Assembly: GCA_964016885.1 (NCBI GenBank)
Contig: OZ024750.1
Coordinates: 1,736,001-1,800,000, forward strand
Length of the DNA: 64,000 nt
Origin: Eledone cirrhosa
Taxonomy: Eukaryota
Direction: 5' to 3'
In this document: positions 16,175 to 30,410 of the stretch, piece by piece
Position numbering within the stretch: the first letter of the stretch is position 1
How the letters are laid out: each line of letters begins with the position of its first letter
The notes under the pieces: generated by a model
What the model was told of the DNA's origin: nothing
The model's input: the letters and a program-made list of their open reading frames with translations, nothing else
Database searches by the model: none
Translations under genes and position numbers: made by a program

Positions 16175-16700
16175 CCATTTGTAAACATTTATAACCGGTA
16201 CAAAGGAATACAATTGCACATCCTATGTACTAAAATATATTGAAGTAAGTACCGAAGAAATGATTTCTTTTGCTTTTGATTAGACAGCAGCGTGTGTATA
16301 CTGAAACCACCGAAAACAAAGAAAACCTACCCACCCCGTAAAGGAAGCGAATATAAATAAACAAGAAAACTATAGGAAAAGAAATCCAAAGATTATATAT
16401 AGTTTGGTTAAGTTGCGAATCTAGAAATTGTAGCCGTGTTTATATTATGGAAAGCAATGCGTAAGCCCTAGCTTTGATGACTTAGTTATTATATAAAGGT
16501 AAGGAAAGACCCATTACAAGGTGAATGATCGAAAAATATATGGATTTATTAGTAGTTATAGGTGAACTAAAGTAAGGTGAATATAAGAAACTACGATGTC
16601 TTCAGAAGGATAATCGCGTGGAAAAGCCGGTCACCGTTTTAGAACACTCACGCGCTTGAATATTTGTGTGTGTGTATATATATGTGTGTGTATATATATA

Positions 16701-16736
<36 letters not shown>

Positions 16737-16892
16737 CAATATATATACATGCATCTATGCTAGAAAGATGGGCAACAAGGAAAGGTAGTGAGATAACTAG
16801 AAACACAGATATTTGTAAGTATACAATTGTGCATGCACGGAAACATAAATGTACACAGATGCACACATACACGTGTATGTATATATTTATAT

Positions 16893-16975
<83 letters not shown>

Positions 16976-17896
16976 TATATATACATGTATACATACACAG
17001 GTGTGTGTGTGTATATATATATTATATTTAGAGAGAGAGGAAAATAAATATACAATGTAAGAATGATGGGGACTGAAGTATAAATGTTTATACTTATAAA
17101 TATATATAAAAGTAGAATAAAATGACTTTAGTAGATTCCAGGTGAGAATTTCGAACTTACTTGTCTTTCCGAAGCCGACAAGCATATGTTAAGGAAGATA
17201 TTAACGAAGTCCACGATATTTGAAATGTATGAACACTCCGCTACTCTTTAGCTTAGAGAGTTGCGGTTAGTCGATAGATTTCATCAACGGCACCAGAGTG
17301 AATGCTTGTACTACTACTTCTAACTACTTACTAAGAAAATAGCTGCAGCTGTTGGTGGCGGTGCTGGTGGTAGTGGTGGCTGTATGGTGGTGGCTGTATG
17401 GTGTTGTTGTGGTGTTAGTGTTAGTGGTGGTGGTGGTGGTGGTGGTGGTGGTGGTGGTGATGATAGTGGTAGTGGCGAGGGGGGGGGGGTGATGGTGGTG
17501 ATGGTGGTTAATGGTGGTGGCGGTGGAGGAGAAAAATAATAATACTAATAAAATTAATAGTAAGAAGAAGGATAAAAAGAAGAAGACGGTGAAGGGAAGA
17601 AGAAAAAGATGAAGAGAAGAAAAAGAAAAGAAGGTGAAGAGAATAAAGGAGGCGGAGGGTGAGGAATATATAGGAGCTATAGTATCGGGGGAGTGTAAGT
17701 ACCATGTAGCATCTCAATACTAGTTTCTGCTGTTTTAGTGACTAGATTACTAGTGAAATAGAGAAAGTAATACAAATGAAAGAAAAAATATACAAATACA
17801 AGGATAAAAAAGACATAAAAAAAACTATCTTCAGCTCCAGAGAAATGGCACCATCGCTGCCGCCACCCCTATAGATACATACAGACACACAGACAG

Positions 17897-17936
<40 letters not shown>

Positions 17937-18031
17937 ACACACACACACAGACAGACAGACACACACACACACACAGACACACACACACACACACAGACAC
18001 ACACACACACAGACACACACACACACACACA

Positions 18032-18068
<37 letters not shown>

Positions 18069-18415
18069 ACAGACAGACAGACACACACACACAGACACAC
18101 ACACAGACACACACACAGACACACACACACAGACGCAGACAGACACAGACACAATATATATATATATATATATAGTATATACATATACTATATATATATT
18201 ATATATATAATATATATATATATTATATATATTATATATGTATATATATATGTATATATATATATAGTATATATATATATAGTATATATGTATATATATA
18301 TATAGTATATATATATATATATATTATATATATATATATATATAATATATATATATATATAATATATATATAATATATATATATAATATATATATAATAT
18401 ATATATATATTATAT

Positions 18416-18558
<143 letters not shown>

Positions 18559-18570
18559 TATATATATATA

Positions 18571-18602
18571 CCACCTGGTTCCTTACCACATTTCCTTCGT
18601 TA
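18571..18602 (+). mobile_element. Family A 3' end, severely 5'-truncated, in (TA)n
   Basis: ccacctggttccttaccacatttccttcgtta matches the last ~32 bp of 25341-25480. Confidence 0.7.
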
Positions 18603-18697
18603 TATAATATATATATATATATATATACTATATATATATATTATATATATATATTATTTATTTATATGTATATATACTATTTATTTATAAATCTATA

Positions 18698-18734
<37 letters not shown>

Positions 18735-18867
18735 CTCTATATATACATATATATAAAATATGTATATAACACTCGACCCCCGCCATCGATATACCCCTCC
18801 GCCACTCTTTTTTTTATTTCTCCACCTCCACCCCACCACAAGTAATACTATCACTGCTGCTCAAAAG

Positions 18868-18945
18868 CTGCTGCTGCTACTACTACTACTATTACTACTT
18901 CTGCCGCTACAACTACTACTGCTACTACTACTACTACTACTGTTG

Positions 18946-18998
<53 letters not shown>

Positions 18999-19035
18999 GC
19001 TACTACTACTACTACTACTGCTACTACTGCTGCTG

Positions 19036-19091
<56 letters not shown>

Positions 19092-19128
19092 GCTACTACT
19101 ACTACTACTACTGCTACTACTGCTGCTG

Positions 19129-19178
<50 letters not shown>

Positions 19179-19247
19179 GCTGCTGCTGCTACTACTACTA
19201 CTACTGATGTTGCTACTGCTACTACACTACTACTACTACTGCTACTG

Positions 19248-19285
<38 letters not shown>

Positions 19286-19490
19286 GCTGCTGCTACTGCT
19301 ACTACTACTACTGCTACTACTGCTACTGCTGTTACTAATGCTACTGCTACTACTACTACTGCTACTACTGCTACTGCTGTTACTAATGCTACTGCTACTA
19401 CTGCTACTACTACTACTACTACTACTACTACTGCTACTACTGCTACTGCTGTTACTAATGCTACTGCTACTACTACTGCTGTCTCTGCTG
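18868..19490. repeat. (CTA/CTG)n triplet repeat
   Basis: Direct reading. Confidence 0.95.
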
Positions 19491-19589
19491 CTAGCTTCTC
19501 GTAAAATGAAATACTGCTGGAGATGGTGGTGACAGAGTATTAGAGGTGAGCTGTGATGTGATGGAGTCGAGGATATTGTTGTGTAAAGG

Positions 19590-20095
19590 TGTTGTTGGTA
19601 GTGATGATGATGGTGGTAGTTGTGATAGTGGTGATGATGGTAATGGTGGCGATGGTGGTAGTGGTGATGATGGTAGTGGTGATGGTAGTAGTAGTGATGG
19701 TAGTAGTAGTGATGGTAGTAGTAGTGATGGTGGTAGTGATGATGGTGGTAGTAGTGATGGTGGTAGTAGTGATGGTGGTGGTGGTGGTAGTGGTGATGGT
19801 GGTGATGGTGGTAGTGGTGATGGTGGTGATGGTGGTGATGGTGGTGATGGTGGTAGTGGTGATAGTGATAGTGGTGATGGTGGTGATGGTGATAGTGATA
19901 GTGGTGATGGTGATGATGATGGTGGTGATTGTGATGGTGGTGATGGTGGTGGTTGTGGTGGTGGTGATGGTTGTGGTGGTGATGGTGGTGGTTGTGGTTG
20001 TGGTGGTGGTGGTGATGGTGGTGGTTGTGGTTGTGGTGGTGGTGATGGTTGTGGTGGTGATGGTGATGGTGGTGGTTGTGGTTGTGGTGGTGGTT
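19590..20095. repeat. (GGT/GAT/AGT)n triplet repeat
   Basis: Direct reading. Confidence 0.9.
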
Positions 20096-21543
20096 CTAAA
20101 TTAGTGACTCTGTTACTCACAATTCAGACCTCAACGCCATCTGTCTCTCTCTCTCCCTCTTATTCTCTCTTGACCTCTCTCTATCTGTCTGTCTGTCTCA
20201 CTCTCTCTCTCTCGCTCTTCCTTTCTTTCTCTCTAGTTCGCCCTCTTTCTCTCTGTCTGTCCCTCTCTCTCCTTCTCTCTCACTTTCTGACTCATCCCTC
20301 TCTCTCACTCACCTTTCTCACTCATTCACTCTTCTCTCTCGTTCTCTCTCTCACTTACACCTCTCCTCCTCTTTCTCTTACACACACACACATACACACA
20401 CACACTCGCATACACACGCATACATACACACTCTCTCACACACACACTTTGCACTATCTTTTATACTTACTGTCGCTGCTAAATTGCCTCTCTTTGTAAT
20501 CCTCAAGAAAGACATATAGTTCACAGCATATTATTTACTTTCCCTAAATCTATCAGACTTCAGATCAATAAACAATAGACAATTATTAGTTGTCAAACTA
20601 GATTTAGGGGTCCTTTACGTGGTTGATTCTTCTACGAACAAATGACAACTAACTTGGCCTCAAATCAATCATACCCAATATCTTATTAAAGGTAAATAAA
20701 TATGCATTGGCTTGTATGCTGCTATATAACTCTATAAAATGTGACGGTCACGGATAGAATGTATGCATTTGGTCATAGCTGCACTCGAACAGTTTCTAAG
20801 TCGTAACTAGATGTAGGAGGACTTTACGTGATCTCTCCTTGTAGTAACTAACTTGCCCTCAAATTAATCACATCCATCATCCTATAAAAGGTATTTACAT
20901 TTGCTTGTATGCTCCTATATAATTCTAAAACGATGTGACGGTCGCGCATCACTTGGTCTAGGAATCGAACCCACTGTATTATGATCCAACGCCCTAAAGC
21001 ACTGGAGGGAACGAAATTGTTGATTCAAATGTTAACGACGTTATTTCAATTGAAATAATTTCTCTTGAAACACAAGTCAACGAGGAAGTCTCCATATTGT
21101 CACTTGATCTGCTAGAAATACCAACCATAATGAATGAACAAATTATATCTTAAGAGAAATGACTATTGGCTAGATTCAAACAACTTACAAAATTTATGAT
21201 CCTGTGTCAATGTAAAAAGTTATTACCACTGCAATACGTAGCCAAGTATCAATAACAATCTCCTTAACTTGCAGCGTGAGTCAATCCTTAATCAAGAAGG
21301 AAAACCTCTCATTTAGTATTAAATATACAGAATACTGTCTTTCACCAGATCAAATTCTCGATGGATAGGATGTCCACGACTGTATTTTATAGATATTTGA
21401 TTTCTAATTTAGGCGTAAGACAAGCAAGTTTGAGGGGAAGGGCAATATGGATCAAATAAATCCCAGTACTTCAGTTGTACTTTATTTTGGAACGCTGTGG
21501 TATGAAACAGCGCATAAGGTGATCGAATCATTCTCAGATAAGA

Positions 21544-21743
21544 NNNNNNNNNNNNNNNNNNNNNNNNNNNNNNNNNNNNNNNNNNNNNNNNNNNNNNNNN
21601 NNNNNNNNNNNNNNNNNNNNNNNNNNNNNNNNNNNNNNNNNNNNNNNNNNNNNNNNNNNNNNNNNNNNNNNNNNNNNNNNNNNNNNNNNNNNNNNNNNNN
21701 NNNNNNNNNNNNNNNNNNNNNNNNNNNNNNNNNNNNNNNNNNN
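21544..21743. other. Assembly gap (200 N)
   Basis: Run of N. Confidence 1.
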
Positions 21744-22187
21744 CTTGCAGGAAAGTTCTAAGACAAATATACATCCCACTAATTTAGCAATCACCGCTTG
21801 TTATTTATTTTACTTTACATTACATGATATTGTATTTTTAACTACAACACTCAACTCACTCTCTAATATTCTCACATATTGCTTCATTAAGTTCCTTTCT
21901 TATAGCTACTCTCTTAAGTTATCCAATTAGATATTTTATAAAATATTGATTTTTTTCCTTATCATATTCTCTCTCTCTCGCTCTCCCTCTCTCTCTCTCT
22001 CTCTCGTTTGTGTCATGCAATTAGATACTTTGTATAATGTTCAGTTTCTTATGACATTCCATCAAAATGATTTAAATCTTATTATAAAATATAATTGTTT
22101 GCAAAGTTTACCTTTGCACTCTTAGCAGCACACATATAAAAAACATCATCTTAGAGAAAACCTATTATGAAACCTTAATTACTCTAT

Positions 22188-23467
22188 CTTTATTCGCGGT
22201 TGTATAAATAACATTACAAATGTACAGCGACAACAAAGATAATACGTCATTAATGTGGATATAAGTTGTAACGATGAAAGAATGGTATTTAACTAATGTA
22301 TTGGTACGCGATGGGGCCTACCCACAGCCCCGGCGGACAGAATGGAGAAGGCGTTTCCCCGGAGGACGGCAAGGGAGACGCGCTAGAAAAGCCACTCCAA
22401 CTCGCGGGGCTCACACCTGCGGCTGGCCAGCTCAGCGCCTATGGTGGTGAGTAAGGAGGTAGTCCTGGGGCCGAGGACACCAGAAGTTTCCACTGCCAGG
22501 GGAACGACCGCAAACCTGTCGGAGAACGACCGGTATTTGAGGAGTTTGGCCCCCTCAGCCCGACGTGCAGCAGAATCTGGGTCAGTCGCAGACTGCACCA
22601 GGTTGCGGCTGCAGAAAGTGTCGGTGCAAGTGGCATCCCAGACGAGGGGTTTGCCACAGCGGAAAGGGAAGATGGTCATGCCATCTGGCCTTTTGCCGTC
22701 CCCTCGATCCAGCCCCACCGGCTCGAGCTGGGAAGGGAAGCTTGCAGCGTCCAAGCCATGCTTAATGACCTCGTTGAGGGCAGTATGGCGTGGAATGCGG
22801 CCGGCACTGTGGCGACAGGAAAGCGGGTGGAGGCCGAAAGAGTCCACGGTGGAACCGCAGCGACATTGGTGTGGCTGGCAGATCCGGAGGCCGATCCTCA
22901 GGGAAACGCCGATTCGCGGGCTATGGTTGTCTAGCTGCGTGCCAGTGGAGAAGGAAGGCAGAGCATAAAGCCAGGCACCACTGTGGGGTTTGGAGGCCGC
23001 ACGAAAACAAGCTAGGCGGTGCTGGTCGAGCTGGCGCGTGAGCCTGTCTGAGGCCAGGCTGCACTGGATGGCATCCCAAGTGCATTGGGGGACTTGACGT
23101 CAACAGGGGAAGAAGGAGGAGGGACGTCTACTGGGCTAAGTCCCAGCCGGTCCCACGTCTCACAGGCGGCCTCACGTTCTCTGAACACAGAGGGTTCTGT
23201 TGTGTTTTGAAGAACCCTGCTGACGAGGACGCGGCACGAGGTTACCGACGAAAGATACGCCGGCAAAGCTAGTGAGATCGGGGATCGGAGGCCTTGGCCG
23301 CCATACCTGACCGGTAAAGTGGCCTGTTGCCACCCTATGTCGTCAAACTTGACGTTGCATATCCCCTCGGCTGCTGCTCGGATACAAGTATCGAGGTCAG
23401 CAAGGAGAGATGTCTGGGTGTAGCATGGAGCGCTGTGGAGTGTATAGAGGAGCTTCGGCAATTTTAG
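22188..23467 (-). mobile_element. 5'-truncated CRE-type non-LTR retrotransposon (RT C-terminal region, Zn knuckle, restriction-like endonuclease), disrupted
   Basis: Minus-strand translation gives QATLPVRYGGQGLR, HSGAWLYALPS, CQPHQCRCG..H..SC..RH, RGDGKRPDGMTIFPF, WDATCTDT, AEGAKLLKY, PLAVETSGVLG and LF*RVSLAVLRGNA, typical of CRE-clade RLE elements. It has frameshifts and a premature TAG at 22383. The 3' UTR ends in AATAAAG. A 10-bp direct repeat attactctat lies at 22178-22187 and 23468-23477. The coding part is a GC-rich island in AT-rich DNA. Confidence 0.9.
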
Positions 23468-23652
23468 ATTACTCTATTACGCTCTTACATGTTCCAGGCG
23501 AGAAGCTCAGGCGATGCTGGGGCACCGCCTTTGCAACTTATTGAGATATATTTTTAGTTTGCTTAATTCAGATCCCTCCAAACCTAAATATTTTTTTTAT
23601 TTTATAGCGTCTTATACATCAGCTCTAATTTAAATATAACTATTTTAAATAT

Positions 23653-23845
23653 AATTGTTTCTACTTTTTTGGCACAAGGCCAGCAATTACCCCAGTACAT
23701 TACTGGTACTTTATTTTATCGACTCCGTAAGGATGAAAGGCAAAGTTAACCTCGGCGAGATTTGAACCCAGATTGTAAAAGGCCGTAACTCTTTGCGGCA
23801 AAGCATGGTGTTAGACCCTCTACCGATACTGCCAATCCACCGACC
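23653..23845 (-). mobile_element. Full-length tRNA-derived SINE with 15-bp TSD
   Basis: TSD aactattttaaatat at 23638-23652 and 23846-23860. A/B-box-like motifs on the minus strand. Confidence 0.9.
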
Positions 23846-24924
23846 AACTATTTTAAATATCTCATCTTTAATTGACCTTCAAACACACAGCTAACACGTC
23901 ACAAATATATTCCTATAACTTATAAGAAATATCTTATTAATATCTTATTAATTTAAACAATATCTGAAACCTCTCTAAATATTTAAAGTAATATTATTTC
24001 GTAGAAATATAATCTATTTATACAAATACAATAAAAAATAATTAAGTCACTTTCATATACAAAATTAATATTGTTAATTATATTAATTTGTTGTGCCATA
24101 ATCTGCTTCCAATCTTGTAACATAAGGGTTTTTACATGAAATACATACATAGAAAAATTAAATACGTCCTTTAGTCTTTTATTGTTTTACGGGATTCAGC
24201 CATTTGACGACAGTTCCGCCAGAGGACTGTTTTCTTTGTAAGGTAGGAAATGTTTAATGCAAAGATTCCTAAATATATTTCTTAAACACTTCCTATTATT
24301 GAACCTTACCGTCTAATTACAATACATCCACGTTTTTGTCTTACCAAACACTGAGACATTGGAAAACAAAAAGGTATAACCTGATTCTCCGACTGGTATG
24401 ATGGCGGTGGCTAACAGTTAAAACTGTGAGGGGAGGTCTAGTTATGGAAGGGTAGAATTCTATAATCTCATTTTTGAGGAAATGTGCAGTGGTCTTTGTG
24501 GTTTAATTAAACCATTTTATTATGAACGTTATGTCGTTCAATAAAGGAGAAATTACGTTCCCAAACCCTTCTATAATAATTCTATTCGAATAAATAAATG
24601 ACGAAGGAAAGAAAGGAAGAAAGATCATTATTCAAATAATAATATCATAATAAATGTTCCGTTTTATCCAACTAGCGTTCCTTCTGATATTGAAACATCT
24701 TCACTGCGTTAATTATAAAATAAATTTTATGTTCCGCTTATAATTGTCTGCAAATAAGCAACGAGGTCAAGAGGTACTGATTTATAAAGAAGTATCAGAT
24801 GCCAAAACATTATGTGTGTGTGTGTCTTTATGTGTGTGTCTGTATGTGTGTGTCTTTGTGTGCCTTCCAAATATAATATAGAGGCTTACATAACACCCGA
24901 GGAAGATTATGTAACTATATATAT

Positions 24925-25015
24925 AATTGTTTCTACTTTTGGCACAAGGCCAGAATTACCCAGTGCATTGCTGGTACTTTATTTTATCGACCCCGTAAGG
25001 ATGAAAGGCAAAGTT
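24925..25015 (-). mobile_element. 5'-truncated SINE
   Basis: 3' half of the SINE, flanked by tatatataat on both sides. Confidence 0.8.
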
Positions 25016-25340
25016 ATATATAATGAATATTTCGTTCGTTAAACCTTGGCTCAAATCTATCACACTTATTGCCACCAGATCAGTTTGAGTCCAGTTTTGT
25101 AGCAGTAATTATCATAGATGACCTTGTGATGAATTAGTTCCAGTAAAACATGCTCCAGCATGTGTGTGTTGTATCTAAGGTCGTCAATATAAACAGATAC
25201 ACTGTGGATCAATATCTTTATGCATTTTGTATGAACATGTATATATACATGTACTTGCATACATATATTTCTTCATACACATATGTATACGTAAATCTAT
25301 AAATAAATATTTAAATATGTACGTATATATATATATATAT

Positions 25341-25480
25341 AGTCCAGAATTAGCCGTCGAAACGGGTTGAGCTCAGCCGTCGGGGTCCTACTCGTTCCTA
25401 TTACCCACTCTACTACCCTAAGTATTGAGTACTTTGGTGCGTTATGGTCCATCTGGTTCCTTACCACATTTCCTTCGTTA
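25341..25480 (+). mobile_element. (TA)n-inserted retroelement 3' end (family A), longest copy, carrying the 3' half of a hammerhead-like motif
   Basis: 140-bp non-repetitive insert between (TA)n tracts. Its 3' end ...ctggttccttaccacatttccttcgtta recurs at 18571, 36755 and, inverted, 44278. It contains GAAA-CGG(G/C)T-tgagctc-AGCCG-TC-GGGG. Confidence 0.7.
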
Positions 25481-25485
25481 TATAG

Positions 25486-25566
<81 letters not shown>

Positions 25567-26113
25567 GAACCGAAACCTGTAGCTGCCGTACTATTCGCTT
25601 TGCATACATATATATATCTCAAAGATACATAATACATATATACATACATACGTACGTATATACATACGTACATCTCTTCTCACAGATTATTGCTACGAGT
25701 GGTCCTGCGGGTAAATCTATTTGACTTTTGTTAAATATATGTTGCGATCAACCCTCAATATATTATCATCTTCGAAAGAGTAAATAAACTCGGCAGCATT
25801 GTCCGAGAACCCATACTCCCCATTTGTATATACCAATGTATACACACACACATTCACAAGCATACATACAGGCATATATACACAGACACAGGCACACACA
25901 CATATATACATATTTGTGTATATTAGAAAACAAATGACACAGTACATGGATGATTTTACAGTGTATTTGAAACATTATATATTTATGTATATATATATGT
26001 ATACATATAAGTATATAATATATACAAATATATATATATATATATATAATAATAATGAAAATGTTATGGGTGAAAGCAGCGATTCTTTGCTTAAACTTTA
26101 ATTTGTTATTTTA

Positions 26114-26176
<63 letters not shown>

Positions 26177-26261
26177 TATATATACATATATATATACATA
26201 TATATATATGTACATATATATATACATATATATATATATACATACACACACTCACACACAT

Positions 26262-26333
<72 letters not shown>

Positions 26334-26385
26334 GTACATATATATATACATATATATATATATACATACACACATTCACACACAT

Positions 26386-26462
<77 letters not shown>

Positions 26463-26487
26463 TATATACATATATATATATATGTAC

Positions 26488-26518
<31 letters not shown>

Positions 26519-26539
26519 CATACACACACTCACACACAT

Positions 26540-26638
<99 letters not shown>

Positions 26639-26878
26639 CACTAGTTTCAGTCATTAGAGGACAGACAGGCTGAGGTGCCGTCTTGATTTGCCGATCTTAT
26701 CGACTCCAGACATTGTTTTTTTCAAGTCCGGTACTTGCTTTATCGATTTCTTCTTTTGTCGATGCGGTAAGGTACGGGGTGTACACACAGACATCAACAC
26801 AAACATACACCCATACACATATATATACACACTTAAGTACACAAACGCACGCTCACACACACTCAAATACACGCACCA

Positions 26879-26939
<61 letters not shown>

Positions 26940-26966
26940 GTTACCTCCGATTCAACCCGGAATAAC

Positions 26967-27059
<93 letters not shown>

Positions 27060-27195
27060 TATTATCTCTAATGGCCTTCTGTAAATTCCTCTCATAAGGC
27101 ATTTGTTAAACTGTGTAAAAAGTACGAGCCTCATAAAATGTAACGCTGAAGCATATGATTGTGAAGCGAATCCCTTATGTGTGTTTATATATATA

Positions 27196-27306
<111 letters not shown>

Positions 27307-28190
27307 TTATGTACGTCAATACTCTTTCCATTTCTCCGAGGGTTCTTTACCCCACTATCAGGCTAAATAATTTCTTTACTTTCTTTAGTCAAAATACTGC
27401 GATAACTTACATTTCTAATAATTATTTATTTATTTATATATATATACTGAATTTATATGCACATTTACACATATATACATATATGTATTGCACATGTATG
27501 TATGCATGAATGATGGTTCTTTATTAAAGTAGTACTGGCTAGCCTCTTCATTTTAAAACCATTTTATATTATATTAAATGTTGGAAACAGCTGCTTCAGA
27601 TATATTCATGTTTTCCCTTTGAACAACTTATAATAGACAAATTGTTGGCAGACGACAGATGGCAAACACTTGACAATAAACGTTACTAACTTTTCACAGA
27701 GGTAAAAAGAATATTTTTATGAACGAATATGGTTGTAGATATTAATTATATTTGTCTATTGATTCGTAACAATTTCTTGAAATTAGTTTTAGTCCATAGA
27801 GTATTAAACTAAGCTATCTCAAGTGACACCGTGTTTTATATATTACTCTATTGGTTTACATCTTGAAGTGTGGTGGAAAGACAAGGAACACGTTAAACAT
27901 AACAGTGATATTAGATTGGTTTGTGTTTCACTTTACCTCATATACAGCCCTGTAGAATATAATGCACCTGTTTTATAATAACATATATTACGGGATTCAA
28001 TGACAAATAAACATTCCTTATTTATTTCTTATAAATCAGATAAAGGAACGTAAATAAGTTTCTATGGAAACTATATCAGAGACAAAAATCCACACATACC
28101 TAAACTAAAAACCTATGATACTCTCAAATCTATATTAACATGGATGTCAGATGCTAGATAACAAATCTGGATCAACACATATTTCTTCTA

Positions 28191-28375
<185 letters not shown>

Positions 28376-29289
28376 TATATATATAATTGTTTTTGTGTAT
28401 GTAATATATGTAGATATTAGATATAAATAATACACACCTGGTTTTTATAGAACGGGAATAACACCGAAACATACTTTTATCTGTGGCTCTCATAAAACTG
28501 GGAACATTCCATATATTTTTATGACCTTTCTAGACTAAAAGATAAGGATAACTGGGTGAGATTGATGTAGTTAAATTATCTATTTTGGCTGCGTGTTATT
28601 CATACATTTCAGAGAAAACATTGATAGCGAATTATTAATAGGGAAACTGTCCCGGAGAATTGGAAGACATCGATTTTATGATTCTAGAATATATCCAGTT
28701 TAATTTAATGCAATTCATTTACGCCAATTTTGTTTGGAGACCATTACAGTCGCACACGCTTTACGAAAGGTTTAATTATCACAAGTTCCTCGTTATGTAT
28801 TCCTTATAACTGAGGTATTGTACCGCTACAAGTTGCAAAATCCTGTTTCAAAAAAATACAAAATTAAATATTCAGTTTATAGTTGAATATATAAGTTGTA
28901 GATCAACGGTTCAAATTCTATCAGCAGCCTCAGTCTTTCTGAATTCACTTCATATCATTATTGAAGGCCAAGGTGAAATGGAGATAGTTATATACACAAT
29001 ATTATTTTATTAATATAAATATCGATCAAAAACGACTTGAAGCCACTATAGAAACGCACACGAGCGATTTTATTAGCAGCAGATTCTAAATTCAACACAC
29101 AAGTCTTCGAAGCTTCCTTGCTCTTTCCGACTCCTCACAAAATCTGACCGTATAATTGTGGACCATACACGATACTCAGTTACTCAAGGACATAACACAT
29201 TGTCCAGTCCAAGAATTGAATTCGGAACTTCACGATTGCAAACCAATTCTCTACCCACGCAGCCACACGACGCATTCATAAAAGCTTTA

Positions 29290-30410
29290 AAGTACAGGAA
29301 GCTATTAATAATCGTAATAACGAAATACACAGAGATACTGAGACCAGCTGATCTCAAACGAAAACCAATAGTTCCAAGACCATATTCTCCACAATATGGT
29401 CTGAGCCTCTTTATAGTTTTGCATATTTAATGTGAATGTTCATATATTGCGAGTTATGTAGCAGATGTCATGGCTTTTCTTAAATACATTCCATGATCTG
29501 TCTCAGAGGGCACCATTTTAACAAGCTCCTATGTAACAAGCCTATACACTAACACATTACATGTGTTAGGCTTAGAAGCAATCAAGTACTGGGCAGAAAA
29601 GAAAAAAAACAGACGTTGTAAATGAACGTTTCAAAATAGATTTCCTCATCAAAGCCCTACTCATAGTATTAGAAGAAAACACATTTAACTTTCATAGGAA
29701 AACATATGGACAAAAGTAGCTACTGATGTTAACCTAGGGATGGGATCCTACAAACAAAATAACATGAACTAGAAACGATATCCGCCCAAATGTTTGAAGA
29801 ATATTGTGGGATGGTTATGTCGCAATTATTGCCAATAAAATGAAACACGTGCACCATATGATTTTCAATTTTTCACTTTATCTTTATTACTGGTTATTCC
29901 TTAGTTCATCAAAGTTCTTTCGTCAAACATTCTGTGACCTCCTCAATGACCATATGTTCTCTTTTTGCCTCCTCTTGTTTCATACCGGTTTCAACACACG
30001 ATTTCACATCAAGAATCTTTCAAAACAAATAAATACTTTAAAGAATAAATTACCAGGAAGTGGAAACGCTACTTTATATTTTGGAACAAACATTTCACAA
30101 CATTCTAAATACCCTACACCCATCCATTACTTTCACAACAGAAAACAATGGACATATTCATTAAATCATATGATACCGGAATTATAACAAACATATTTTA
30201 CAAAAGGACAAACACTCGTCCATATACAAACACCCCCACACCAATTGGAACATTCCATACCGGTAACTATTTGTGAACTATCATAGAACGCAAACAACAA
30301 ATACGAAAACCGGAACTAAAGAAAATCCGGTTAAGCAAGGATTATTGAACTTTCTGAGAAGAGCAAATTCGAGATATTCCCTTTTAATAGATATTCAAAG
30401 AACCAACTAG
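29290..30410 (+). mobile_element. Decayed Penelope-like element reverse transcriptase fragment
   Basis: Pieces in shifting frames: EILRPADLKRKPIVPRP (cf. P.DLK.RPIVAGP), GTILTSSYVTSLYTNTLHVLGLEAIKYW (cf. ILVSFDVTSLYTNIPH.LGLEAI.YW), FLIKALLIVLEENTFNFHRKTYGQ, YKRTNT..HPHTNWNIPY. Many stops and frameshifts. Confidence 0.8.

Noticed and set aside
18760-20499. Poly-Leu, Gly/Asp-rich and Pro/Ser-rich ORFs
   Set aside because: Pure triplet repeats with no splice or domain support.
23218-23262. CTGACGA...GAAA hammerhead-like match
   Set aside because: It is antisense within CRE coding sequence and lacks stem III and a proper cleavage site; likely chance.
23653-23845. tRNA gene
   Set aside because: A/B-box-like motifs are present but there is no cloverleaf; it is a multicopy SINE head with a TSD.
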